This document shows positions 38,785 through 48,894 of a DNA stretch of 64,000 nt, in pieces; the first letter of the stretch is position 1, and the number at the start of each line of letters is the position of its first letter. The position numbers and the translations under genes were made by a program. Under the pieces are notes generated by a model. That model was not told the DNA's origin, did no database searches, and was given only the letters and a program-made list of their open reading frames with translations. Origin of the DNA: Phaeosaccion multiseriatum (taxonomy: Eukaryota > Protista > Ochrophyta, other classes); the NCBI GenBank assembly GCA_965112735.1, contig OZ218950.1:6014001-6078000 (forward strand). The letters run 5' to 3'.

Positions 38785-39582
38785 GAGAGCCGATGAGCGA
38801 GCGAGGGAGGGGGAGGTTCAGAGGGCCGGTATGTTATCGCTCGCGTGCTTTATAAGCGACTCGCTGGGTTGGCCGGGAGGAGCGACATGGGGACATGCCA
38901 CAAGAAGCGGGAGGAGGGTAGCCATAGCGCTCATCGCAGTTGTCTAGTCATCCAGTATGTATAGGATACGGCGAGGCACAGAGACAACCGCGCATAAGGT
39001 CTCCCTCCTATCGGGGGCCGCACGCGTACCTCTCCGCTCACCCGGAGGCCTCTGCTTCGACCCATGATGACGCGCCGAGAGAGAGGTCCTGCAGGAGGCC
39101 ACCAGCAGCGACCAGCGGCTAGCAGCAGGTTGCAGCAGGAGCGGATCAGGTACGGGCTTCGCATCCACAGCTCTTGAATGTCCTGGAAAGCGGATGTTCC
39201 TTTTCGCAACCGCGCCTGAAGAAAAGTCGCCCCAACACTTCACAAAATTTTCATTTTTTCCTTCCTCCCTTCTACTTCACTTTCTTTACATGTACTACGC
39301 ACACAGGCGCCTATACATTATACACTCGACGCTACTTAGCCCCCCCATGGTAACATCAGCGAGAACAGAGAACAGAGGACAGGAACAGAACAGAGCGAAA
39401 AGCGACTTCCGTCTCTCCCCCTGGTCTCTCTCGCATGCGTCGCTCGAGGTATGGGCGTCTTGCTTCGCTGCCTGCAATCGCCGTCGGCTCCCGTGCATGC
39501 CTCCGCTCTATCCCGCGGTAGAGCTGGTGCCGAAGGTCGCCGCTCGTGCGCGTATTGGCCACGCAGCCGGGCCATCGATGTG

Positions 39583-40860
39583 TCAGCGCCTTTGCCACAG
39601 ACGCCAGCAGGTCGTGAACGCTGTAGCTTGCTTCACTAGCAGCGAGTCGTAGTACTTTACAGTTGACATGCCCGAAGCTACCTCCAGCATGGTCTCGGGG
39701 GCGACGCCTCTCTCCTGCGGTGGGATGCCCCTCTCCTTGCCGAAGCTCAGGTCGCACGTCCGCATAAGATCCGCAGGGCTTTGCGAGTTGAAGTATCGCT
39801 TGTCCGCGACTCGAAGCGGCTCAGCAACCTGTTGCAGGATACCAAGCTTTCGAGCACCAGTCAGAGCCTTGCTTACACTCGCTCCGGCCAAGAGCAGCTC
39901 GTGCATCGCCTCTATATGACTGTGGCATGCAGCCATGAGCAGAGCAGTGCCCCCAGTCTTATCCTCGGCATCTACCTCTGACTCCGTCTCTTTGAGCAGG
40001 ATGTGCAGCACTCCTTCATACCCGCCTTTCGCAGCATGGTGCAAAGCCGTATCCCCCTCCGTGTCGAATCTATGGACGTCTGCCCCTGCGGCTGATACGA
40101 GCTGCTGCACCACCTGAGTGTGCCCCCCCATAGAGGCCAGCATGAGAGCTGTGAGGGCTGTGCCCCCACCAAGAGCATCTGCGGCCTCTGAAGCACCAGC
40201 TGCCAACAGCCGCTTCACAATCCCGGAATACCCCTTGGCGCTCGCCATATGCAGCGACGATACGCCACTTTGCTGCACTTGGTTCACATCCGCGTCAGGG
40301 GCCGCGAGAAGGAGGCGTACAATTTCCTCGTGGCCTTGATGACTAGCCACCATGAGTGGTGACACCCCCCTTGTGCAAGCTTGTTTCACATCCGCTCTTG
40401 CGGCAAGGAGCACCTTCACCACCCCCAATTGATTGTTTTGTGATGCCATGTACAAAGGCGTAGCTCCACTGTCGTTGGCGAGGTCTACCTGGGCCCCGTG
40501 TGCTCGTAACGCTCGGACGATTCGCGGGTGCCCATATTCTGCTGCGATACTCAAGACCGTACTCCCCTCGTGCAGAGCCTGATCCACCTCCACGCCCGCC
40601 TCGATCAACTTCTGCACAACATTCAAATGGCCACGCATACCCGCAATGATCAACGGAGTCATCCCGCCAGGAGGGCGTATCGCTGGGCTCGGGGCCACTC
40701 CTTCGTCGCGAAGCAGAAACTCTACGATATCGGCTCTGCCGATGTTCGCAGCGGCCATCATGGGTGTGATTCCCTCGGGACAAATAGCCTCATCGAGGCA
40801 GGCGCTCCTCCCCCCCTCTTTGGCGATGAAGGCGCTTATGGCTCGCTTCACGTGCAAGGC
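39583..40860 (-). CDS. Ankyrin array copy B (9 repeats plus conserved C-terminal domain); 5' exon not resolved
   Basis: Acceptor CCCGACACAG|GCC at about 40860, nine TPLxxA-type repeats and the tail RYFNSQSPADLMRTCDLSFGKERGIPPQERGVAPETMLEVASGM. Confidence 0.85.
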   Translation of the reverse strand, partial: ALHVKRAISAFIAKEGGRSACLDEAICPEGITPMMAAANIGRADIVEFLLRDEGVAPSPAIRPPGGMTPLIIAGMRGHLNVVQKLIEAGVEVDQALHEGSTVLSIAAEYGHPRIVRALRAHGAQVDLANDSGATPLYMASQNNQLGVVKVLLAARADVKQACTRGVSPLMVASHQGHEEIVRLLLAAPDADVNQVQQSGVSSLHMASAKGYSGIVKRLLAAGASEAADALGGGTALTALMLASMGGHTQVVQQLVSAAGADVHRFDTEGDTALHHAAKGGYEGVLHILLKETESEVDAEDKTGGTALLMAACHSHIEAMHELLLAGASVSKALTGARKLGILQQVAEPLRVADKRYFNSQSPADLMRTCDLSFGKERGIPPQERGVAPETMLEVASGMSTVKYYDSLLVKQATAFTTCWRLWQRR

Positions 40861-42235
40861 CTGTGTCGGGAAGAGGGGCGAGTAGTAGGGAGGGAACGAG
40901 GGGGAAACGAGGGAGGAGGCAATCCCAAGATGCAGTGAGTCACTCCTCCTGGCCAGTCGCAAGGGCCAGCTCTGGCCCGCCACGGGTGGAGCAATTACGG
41001 CGTGCTAAGATGCAGGAGGAGGCACACGCGCGCTAATTGTCGAATATTCCGCGTCAAAGCAAACAGTGTGGTGGTCGCAAACGCGGCTGTGGCAGGCGCC
41101 TCTTTACTTAGCTAGCTCTCTCCTCGGTGCAGGCAATCGCCTACCATACCAGCTGTGCCTGTCTTCCGGTATCGTACCTCTCTGCAAACTTTGGGGGAGC
41201 CCGCCGCTTCTCTGGGTCATGATGGCGAGCCGAACGAGAGGGAAAGCCTGCAGTGCTACAGGAAGAGCCAAACAGAGAGAGCACCCCCGCTACATCGCAT
41301 CTGGTTCGGTTCTACTGTGCTATGTGTGCCGTTTTCAACATCTCTTCCTTCTTTCTTTTTTCTGCTTGTTCTTCAACCGGCTCATTTGGTCTTTTTTGGC
41401 GCTAAAAAACAAAAAACACGGAATTTGCTCCTTTGTCAAAGGTTGGATGAGGCAAGAGGCGAAAAAAAAAACTTAACTTCCCCTCCCTCACTACACACAC
41501 TACCCATGTAAGTGGATGGGCAGGACATCGACAATTTCTATCGAGGATGTCTTTTTCGGTCTAGTAGTTCAGGACAGTGGGAGGAGGGGGGGAAGGGGGG
41601 CAAAGGGGATTGATGAGGCCGTGTAGGGGGCAAAGGGAAGGGACAAGGCCGTGTAGGAGGCAAAAGGGATAAAGGCAAGGGCATACAGGACACCGTGGCA
41701 AGTGCAAGGACAAGGAAAAAGGAAAGGGGGGAATTGGACATTAAATACATATATTCCACTTATCAACTCTTTTACGCACATCGTAGAGAACTTGGAGGGA
41801 GCGGTAGGCCACTACGTGGCTGCTGAGAGCTGTTCTGGGAAGGGTCGTCACTGCCCTTGGCCCGTAGCTAACACCCACAGCTGGAGTGACTGCCTCACGC
41901 GTCCGCCGCGGCGAGTGCAAAGGCGGCGCTTGCTGCTTCGCTGGCCCGCCGTGCCCGTACTCCTGCACTGCCCTCCTCTATTCCACCCCACCAATACTCT
42001 CGTATCGCTCCGCTTCCCCTCATGGTGCTCCGCCCCGCCGTTCTGCGTCCTTGGCCTGTCTTTTGTCCTTTCGAAAAGAGTCCACGTCAGGCTCGTAGTC
42101 ACCCTTGGCTTACACTGACGGTTACACTGACGGTTACACTGACTGTTACATTTGCCCCCCCCCCCCCCCCCCGACTGACCCCTCGACTCTGTCTCGCTCG
42201 CTTCGGCTCGAGATATGTAGCGAGTGCTCTCCCCT

Positions 42236-43747
42236 TCAATAAGAGCCTTGATTCGCTCGCTTGAACTCGTTGTACGAGGCTCCGCGCATGCCCGAAGCCA
42301 CTTCCAGCATAGTCTTGGAGGCGACGCCCCTCTCCTGCGGCGGGATGCCCCTGTCCTTGCGGAAGGTCAAGTCGCACGTCCGCATAATGTCCACAGGGCT
42401 TTGGGAGTCGAAGTAACGCTTGTCTGCCGCATGAAGACGACTGGCGACCCATTCGAGGTAACTACTCGTAGGATGCTCCCGAAGAGGAGTCAGAGCCTTG
42501 TAGACAGAGGCTCCGGCACACAGCAGCTCATGCATCGCCTCCACGCGATTTTTTTGAGCGGCTTTAAAGAGGGGAGTCAGCCCATGACCGTTCTCGCGCT
42601 CAACCTCAGCCCCTGCCCTGAGCAGGTGGCTCAGCACTTGAACGTGCCCATGTTCAGCAGCTACGTGTAAGCAAGTCGCACCATCATCTTTAGCTCGCGT
42701 CACGTTCGCGCCTGCTGAGAGGAGCGTTTGTACCACCACATGGTGACCCTCTTGTGACGCAACTAAGAGAGGAGTGCCGCCCGAAGCACCTGCAGCATCA
42801 ACCTCCGCGCCAGCGGCCAGGAGCCGCCTCACAATCTGCACGTGCCCGTTAGCACTGGCCTGCATAAGCGACGACGCTCCATTCCTTGCCCTTTGGTTGA
42901 CGTCTACAGCAGCCCCCCCCAACAGAAGCTTGACCACCGAAGATTGACCACACTGAGAAGCGACAAACAGCGGAAAGACCCCATCTTCTGAGCTTGGTTG
43001 TGTCGACTCAGCACCAGCCGCGAGCAGCATTCTCACAATCTCCGTGTGGCCGTTCTGGCTGGCGATTGTCAGCGGTGATACCCATTGGCCTGTCCAGGCC
43101 TCCACATCTGCTTCAGCGGAGAGGAGCGCTTTCACAATTTGCGCATGCCCGTTCTTTGATGCCTCGTACAGAGGTGTAGCTCCACGTCCGCCATTGTTCA
43201 CATTGGCGCCACATGACAAGAGAGCTGTGACAATTTCAACATGCCCGAACTCAGAGGCCGCAGACAAAGCCGGCCCATCGGTAATTACCTCCTCCACATC
43301 TACGCCCGCCTTCATCAGCTTCTGAACCACATCCAAATGGCCGCGCATACTGGCATAGGTCAACGGAGTCAAATAGATCTGGCCAGGACACGCTGGGCTT
43401 GGGGACGCCCCAAGCTCGAGTAAGACCTCGACGATGTCGGCTCTGCCAAAGTTCGCCGCTGCCATTATGGGGGTCATAGGAAATGCGTCATAATAAATGG
43501 CCTCGCCGAGGCAGGCCACCCCTCCCCCCTTCTCGGCGATGAGGGCGTTGATGGATTGTTTGACGTGTTGGATACTCTTCCCCACCTTGATGGCATTGTA
43601 GAGGCGTGTGGCCTGTGTCGGGCAAAGGGAAGAGAGCCAAGCAGCGAACGAGGGAGATAGAGGATGTGCGGCTCAGGCAATGAATATGTGCTAGCTCCCC
43701 CCCCCACTCGCCCCCTCGCAAGAACATACCTCTCCCTTTTGGGCCAT
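42236..43747 (-). CDS. Ankyrin array copy C (10 repeats plus conserved C-terminal domain); exons 43747-43730 and 43612-42236
   Basis: ATG GCC CAA AAG GGA GAG|gtatgt...ccgacacag|GCC splices in frame. Ten ankyrin repeats and the tail RYFDSQSPVDIMRTCDLTFRKDRGIPPQERG follow. Confidence 0.88.
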
Positions 43748-43811
43748 GATGCGAGAACAAGCCTATCCTAAAGCAAGGGTCCTGACCCTCTTACAGTATA
43801 AGGTTGTATAA

Positions 43812-45458
43812 GGGCCGTTCTTATCGTGTGGCAAAAAACGACGAAAAAAAAAAGTGCGAAATGCCATTTAACACTTTTTGGCCCCGGCCCGTTCCTATCG
43901 GCGCAAAAAAAAAAGCCCCAAAAAAAAAGGGGAAAACTGCTAATTATGCCATTTCGCCCTTTTTTTTACGCCGTCCCTTTCCTATCGTGCTGCGGGCTGT
44001 GCGGGGGGGAAAAGGGCGAAATATATCCATTTTACTATTATATTTTGGCGGGCAGACCATTTCAAACGAGCAGGCCATTTGCATTGAGTGTAGCGATATA
44101 TAAGGAGTCATTAGCTCGCTATAAACCACTCAGCGGGATAGCGATAATAATCCTTCCTCTTCTGTGCATGTTTTTGTAGCGATATATAAGGAGTCATTAG
44201 CTCGCTCTAAACCATTCAGCGATATATCGCTACGCGAGGCAGGAGGCTGTGACGCGCCCATGGAGGAGGGATGGCTGTGACGGGCGGTGAATGGTCACCC
44301 CTTGCACAAGGAGGGGTTGGCTTCCATAGTGCGGGAGGTGTGGACATCAGTGCGTTGGGGGAAGGCGCCGCGGTGGGGGGCAATGCAGGACATGGTGATG
44401 CTGCTTCGTCTGATGCCTGCTCGTCCCCCTCAAGTGACGAAGATGCGCCTGTAAGGATCATGCTCCAGACGACAGACGACGAGAGCGCTGGCGGCGGGGT
44501 TGGTGGCCATCGGGTGGCTGAAGCAAAGTGAAAAGGCACTCTTGGCGCACTCCTGTCCTGTTCAAAGGCACTCTCTTGGCGCACTCCTCCCCGCAAAAAA
44601 AGCTTCCAAATCAATTTCGAAGAGTGCTCTACTCTCTTCTCCCGCGACCTTTTGAGCTTCATCGCGCACTCTACGTGGACACGCCCCGTGCAACCCTCAA
44701 AGTCGCAGGAGTTCATGTAGGGCGGGTTTCCCTGCTGGAAATCAAGGAATCGCCCTGAACACACGGGGGGTCCGCCATCTGGCAGAGGCGCCGCCCGCTA
44801 AGAAAAAGCCAATACCCGTCCACACGCAGGTCGGGATCCGTCGAAGCCCCTGTCGCTGCAGCTAGCACCACCGCCGGTGCTGCCCGTGGTGGTGCCGTAG
44901 CTCCTGGTGGTGGTGCCGTATAGCTGCTGGTGGTGGTGCCGTAGCTCCTGGTGGTGCCGTAGCTCCTGGTGGTGGTGCCGTAGCTCCTGGTGGTGCTGCC
45001 GTAGCTCCTGGTGGTGCTGCCGTAGCTCCTGGTGGTGCTGCCGTAGCTCCTGGTGGTATAGGCGCCGGGGCTGCGCCTATAGGGCCGTCCTTACCCGGCT
45101 TCGGATTTGCCGCAGCAGCACGCGCCGCGGGGGTTCCCCCCCTTCCACCACCGTCTGTGTCGGCCCATTACTTCCCGTGAGGCGACTGCTTCCTGTTTGC
45201 CCATCAGTTCCGCTTCTACACGTCTTGGCGGGCATCTTGCTCTTTATTTCTCATCTTTTCCCTCCCCCTTTTCAAATTTGTCACTTTCCCCCCTTCGCCA
45301 TTTCGCACTTCGCACTTTTTGGGCTCCACTGGGCAGTTTTCGTCTGGAGCCATTTCGCACTTTTTGAAGCTCCTCGCGTACGCCCATCCCGTGGGTCTAG
45401 GCTATTTCGCACTTTTTTTTTTTTTTTTTGGTCTTTTTTTGTACGATAAGAACGGCCC
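43812..45458. mobile_element. Non-autonomous PIF/Harbinger-type DNA transposon (1647 bp)
   Basis: Perfect 16-bp TIR GGGCCGTTCTTATCGT at 43812-43827 and 45443-45458, with a TAA TSD at 43809-43811 and 45459-45461. Subterminal inverted A-tract-GTGCGAAAT motifs are present and there is no transposase ORF. Confidence 0.88.
44885..45057. repeat. 18-21-bp minisatellite (GCCGTAGCTCCTGGTGGTGCT)n inside the Harbinger element
   Basis: Read directly from the sequence. Confidence 0.9.
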
Positions 45459-45556
45459 TAAGGAGAGAAAAAAAAATGATCAAAAAATCGTAAGAGGTGT
45501 CTAAAAGTAACGTCTCACAAATCTCCCCAATTAATTTTCTTCTCCTTTCATGTATT

Positions 45557-46022
45557 ATGCCTTCTCGGTACGACATTGAACACATCACGACGATCGATGC
45601 TCCCATCGCTGATGTGTGGGCGGCACTTGATTGCCCTCGAAGACTGGAAGGCCTGGAACAAGTGGACTATTCTGGAAGGGGAGGCCAAGTCGGGGGCCCA
45701 CGGCCAGCTCCATGCATCGTTCGAAGGCAACGATGTGTGGAAGACATACGACTTCATTTTTACAAACGTGAGCGCGGAGGAGCACATGCTCGCCTGGGCC
45801 GGAAGTGTAGGGCCGGCGGGGCTCTTGTTCAAAGGGAGGCACCATATGAAGCTGGTGGAGCTTTCGAAAGAGACAACCTCTTTGGAGCATATCGAGCACT
45901 TCGGGGGGCTGCTGACTTTGCTTGGCGTGGGGATTCCCTTCAAGACGCTGACTCGAAACTACAAGCTCATGAACGAGGCACTGAAAGAACATGTTGAGTC
46001 GAAGCGACACGGGAACGAATGA
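45557..46022 (+). pseudogene. SRPBCC / polyketide cyclase-like (START superfamily) gene, intronless, with a single +1 frameshift near 45627
   Basis: MPSRYDIEHITTIDAPIADVWAAL in one frame continues as IALEDWKAWNKW...LAWAG...FKGRHHMKL...LEHIEHFGGLL...MNEALKEHVE in the next frame. Confidence 0.75.
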
Positions 46023-46747
46023 AGATTGGAGATTGGCAAGAGTTTCAAGGGAAGTAGTATTGGAAATGGCTTGTAAAGAAGATAGCACACGACAGTGAAT
46101 AGGCAAATGTAAATATAGTCGGTTTCTCGGTTGATAGTCTTTGAGATAAGAGTTTAAGCTCACATGGATAAGTAAAGTATAAATGCATATTTTTCTGAGA
46201 ACTCCACGCTTCCCTTCATGCCTTCATTCGTTTGTAGTTCGTGTGTCGAAGCCGCTTACGGAGCTCGACAGCTGCAGGCTTGCCAGTGCACTCGGCCATC
46301 AGCATGAGCATGAGGCCCCCCCGGGGTGTATACTCGAAACAACCATCGACGAGAACGATGAGACACGAACAGACCACCGAGCGAGTTTCTGAAACAGAAT
46401 CTGAAACTCAGACACAGAGCATCTCATAGAGAGAAGAGCGGTAATCTAGTTACGTAGCCTTAATCTAGTTCCGTAGCCTTAATGTGTTACTGAAGCGTCC
46501 GACTTGGTTGGGAACCTCGCTCCCTCCATCCCTCCCTCCCTCCCTCCCTCCCTCCTGCCGGAGGTAGATCTCTCCCCCAGCTCTCTGCCATCCGTCGGCC
46601 GCCGCGATACACCATTCCACCACCTCTGAGTCTCTTAGCGAAATGCCATTCCAACTCTCCTGGTTCCTCCCTCCCTCCCTCCCTCCCTCCTTCCCGCCTC
46701 TGCCGCCCCATCAAACACTTACAACTGTACTGTACGAAAAAAGCACA

Positions 46748-47299
46748 CTATAGGTCGGCGTGGTCTGCTGCTGCTGCTGCCTCGTCGTCGTCCAGCTGCT
46801 TTCTATACTTTTCGAGAAGCTCCATGGTAATCCCCTCGTACTTGAGCGCCTTCTCATTGGTGCACTCCAGCACCAGCGGGGGCGCCTGTGTTCGTATCGT
46901 CACACAGTTACACAATACAGCACGGTCGAGTCAGTCGAAGGGGGGTGGGCAACGGAGGTACGAGGCTGGTACATCGGGTAGGGTGGGTCATTGGGCAGAT
47001 GCGTTAAATCACATGCGCACACAACGATTCCTTCTCTCCCTCCCTCCCTCCCTCCCTCCCTTCCAAGTTCAACGCAAACACACGCACCTTCCCATCTCGC
47101 TCAGCCTGCAGCCACCTCATTGTGCAAAGGCACCAGCGGTCTCCCTATAGAGAACAAAGCCCAGTGGGGGGGGCAGGGTGAGACGCATGCGGGCACTGGA
47201 GGGCTTCTCTCTCTCTCCCTGTCTCCACCTCCGCCCTCTCTCTCTCTCTGTGTGTGTGTGTATGTGTGTGTATCTCTCTCTGGTTTTTTACGCTGTCTC

Positions 47300-47370
<71 letters not shown>

Positions 47371-48121
47371 GCATATGAAAGGGCAAAGGACAACAATCTA
47401 TGATCCACTCCTGAAGGTTCAAACGCGGTCGCCCACAGACGGACTGCAGACATGACGCTCCGCCCCAATCCGTTCATCTTGACGTTTCTTACTCACCGGT
47501 TTGAGCCCCGCGAAGCCTGGCCTGGGCGTGGACAAGTCATTCCCCTGCGCTGCGGTATACTGTAGGAAGTCTTCGGTCACCTGTGAAGAAGGCGTCGGGT
47601 CGCGCACAGAGACACACGGGCGGGTGGAAGGGGATCGGAAGGGGGCTCGTGGGTGGGTGCAACCGGAGTAGTTTTCTCGACTCAAAGTGGGGCACCCCTC
47701 ACCTCTGCACACACGCAATGCGACCCTACATCGCCTGCGCCGGTCTTGCAAAAGCCATCGCGGTAAAAACCCGTCGTTGGGCCGCCTCGGGAGGAACAGG
47801 GCAGGAGTTTTTCTGCTCAGAGAAAGGCAGAAAAGGGGGGCGGGAGGGGGGTTGGAGTACTCGGGAAATAAACAGCGTGTTTGAGCAAGCAAAGTGTTGA
47901 GTGGTATGGATAGAGAGAGATGGTGATCAAGCACACGGACCTCCCAAAACGTTCTTCTGCGTAGAGCTGGTTGTAGACATGGCGAGGGTGGAGGCGAATC
48001 CGGAGCAGCGAGGGAGTGCAAGTAAGCCACACACGCAGGCACCGAGCAATCCGCTTCTCCTGGTGCGTCTGCTGCTGCTTTCGGCCCTCGATATCAACCT
48101 GAAGGCAGAGTATAACCCCAT
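46748..48121 (-). CDS. DUF2237 family protein, 5 exons (alternative start at 47980)
   Basis: Spliced translation KNVLG|EKLLPCS...TTGFYRDGFCKTGAGDVGSHCVCAE|VTEDFLQYTAAQGNDLSTPRPGFAGLKP|GDRWCLCTMRWLQAERDGK|APPLVLECTNEKAL matches the DUF2237 pattern; TAG at 46748-46750. Confidence 0.9.
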
Positions 48122-48141
48122 GAAGCGAAAGGAATAGGAGA

Positions 48142-48506
48142 GGAGTATATTACACCCTTAAGTGCCATCAAAGGAATAAAGGAGTATATTACACCCTTAA
48201 GTGCCATCTATGGTTGTCTAAAAGTAATGTCTCACCGCCCCGGGGAACTTAGCCCTCGAGGTCGTGTCCCTCTGACTCATCAGTTCTTCCCATTGGAACA
48301 AAGTTGATACCAGCCAGGATCCTGTGGCGAACCGATCGTTCGTGTCGGGCCCGCTGGAGCGCTACGGCTAATCGTCGCCGAATGACGCAAACAGCCCTCG
48401 CATAAGCCCTCGTGTCAAGATGTTCGTGCCCCCCAGCCATGTGGGTGGCGAGTGTTTTGATAAACATCTGTGCTGACGGGCCAAATGCACCTTGCTGTTC
48501 TATGGC
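48142..48506 (-). mobile_element. 5'-truncated non-LTR retrotransposon fragment (C-terminus of a restriction-like endonuclease domain plus 3' UTR)
   Basis: FAIEQQGAFGPSAQMFIKTLA...RRRLAVALQRA resembles the end of an RLE domain. It is flanked by the direct repeat AAAGGAATAGGAGA (48128-48141 and 48507-48520), and the 3' tail holds a 28-bp tandem duplication. Confidence 0.72.
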
Positions 48507-48894
48507 AAAGGAATAGGAGATCTATGTCAAAGGAATAGGAGATCCGTGCGGAGGATTCGCTGGATTCGAATTGACTCAGGAAGGCGTCGCCAGCAACACT
48601 AACGCGCTCCTTATCCCTTATCCGCTCCCGCCTCTCTCTCCCTCCTTCTTTCTGATAAGACATGCTCCTTGTCATCGAAGGAAGAGGGAAAGAGTAGCAG
48701 TAGCAGCAGCCGCAAGAAAGGCACTTGAGGATTTTACATCAAGGCAGGCGAAGCAGATATTTCCGCCCGCTCTCTCTCCACCCCATTGGCGTCTCCACGT
48801 CGTAGGGAGCAGCAACAGCTGCGGCTGTGCAGGAAGAGGAGGAAGAGGGAAATAGAGGCCACGAGGGGGAGTTAGGCGCTCGGGAGATAGAAAT

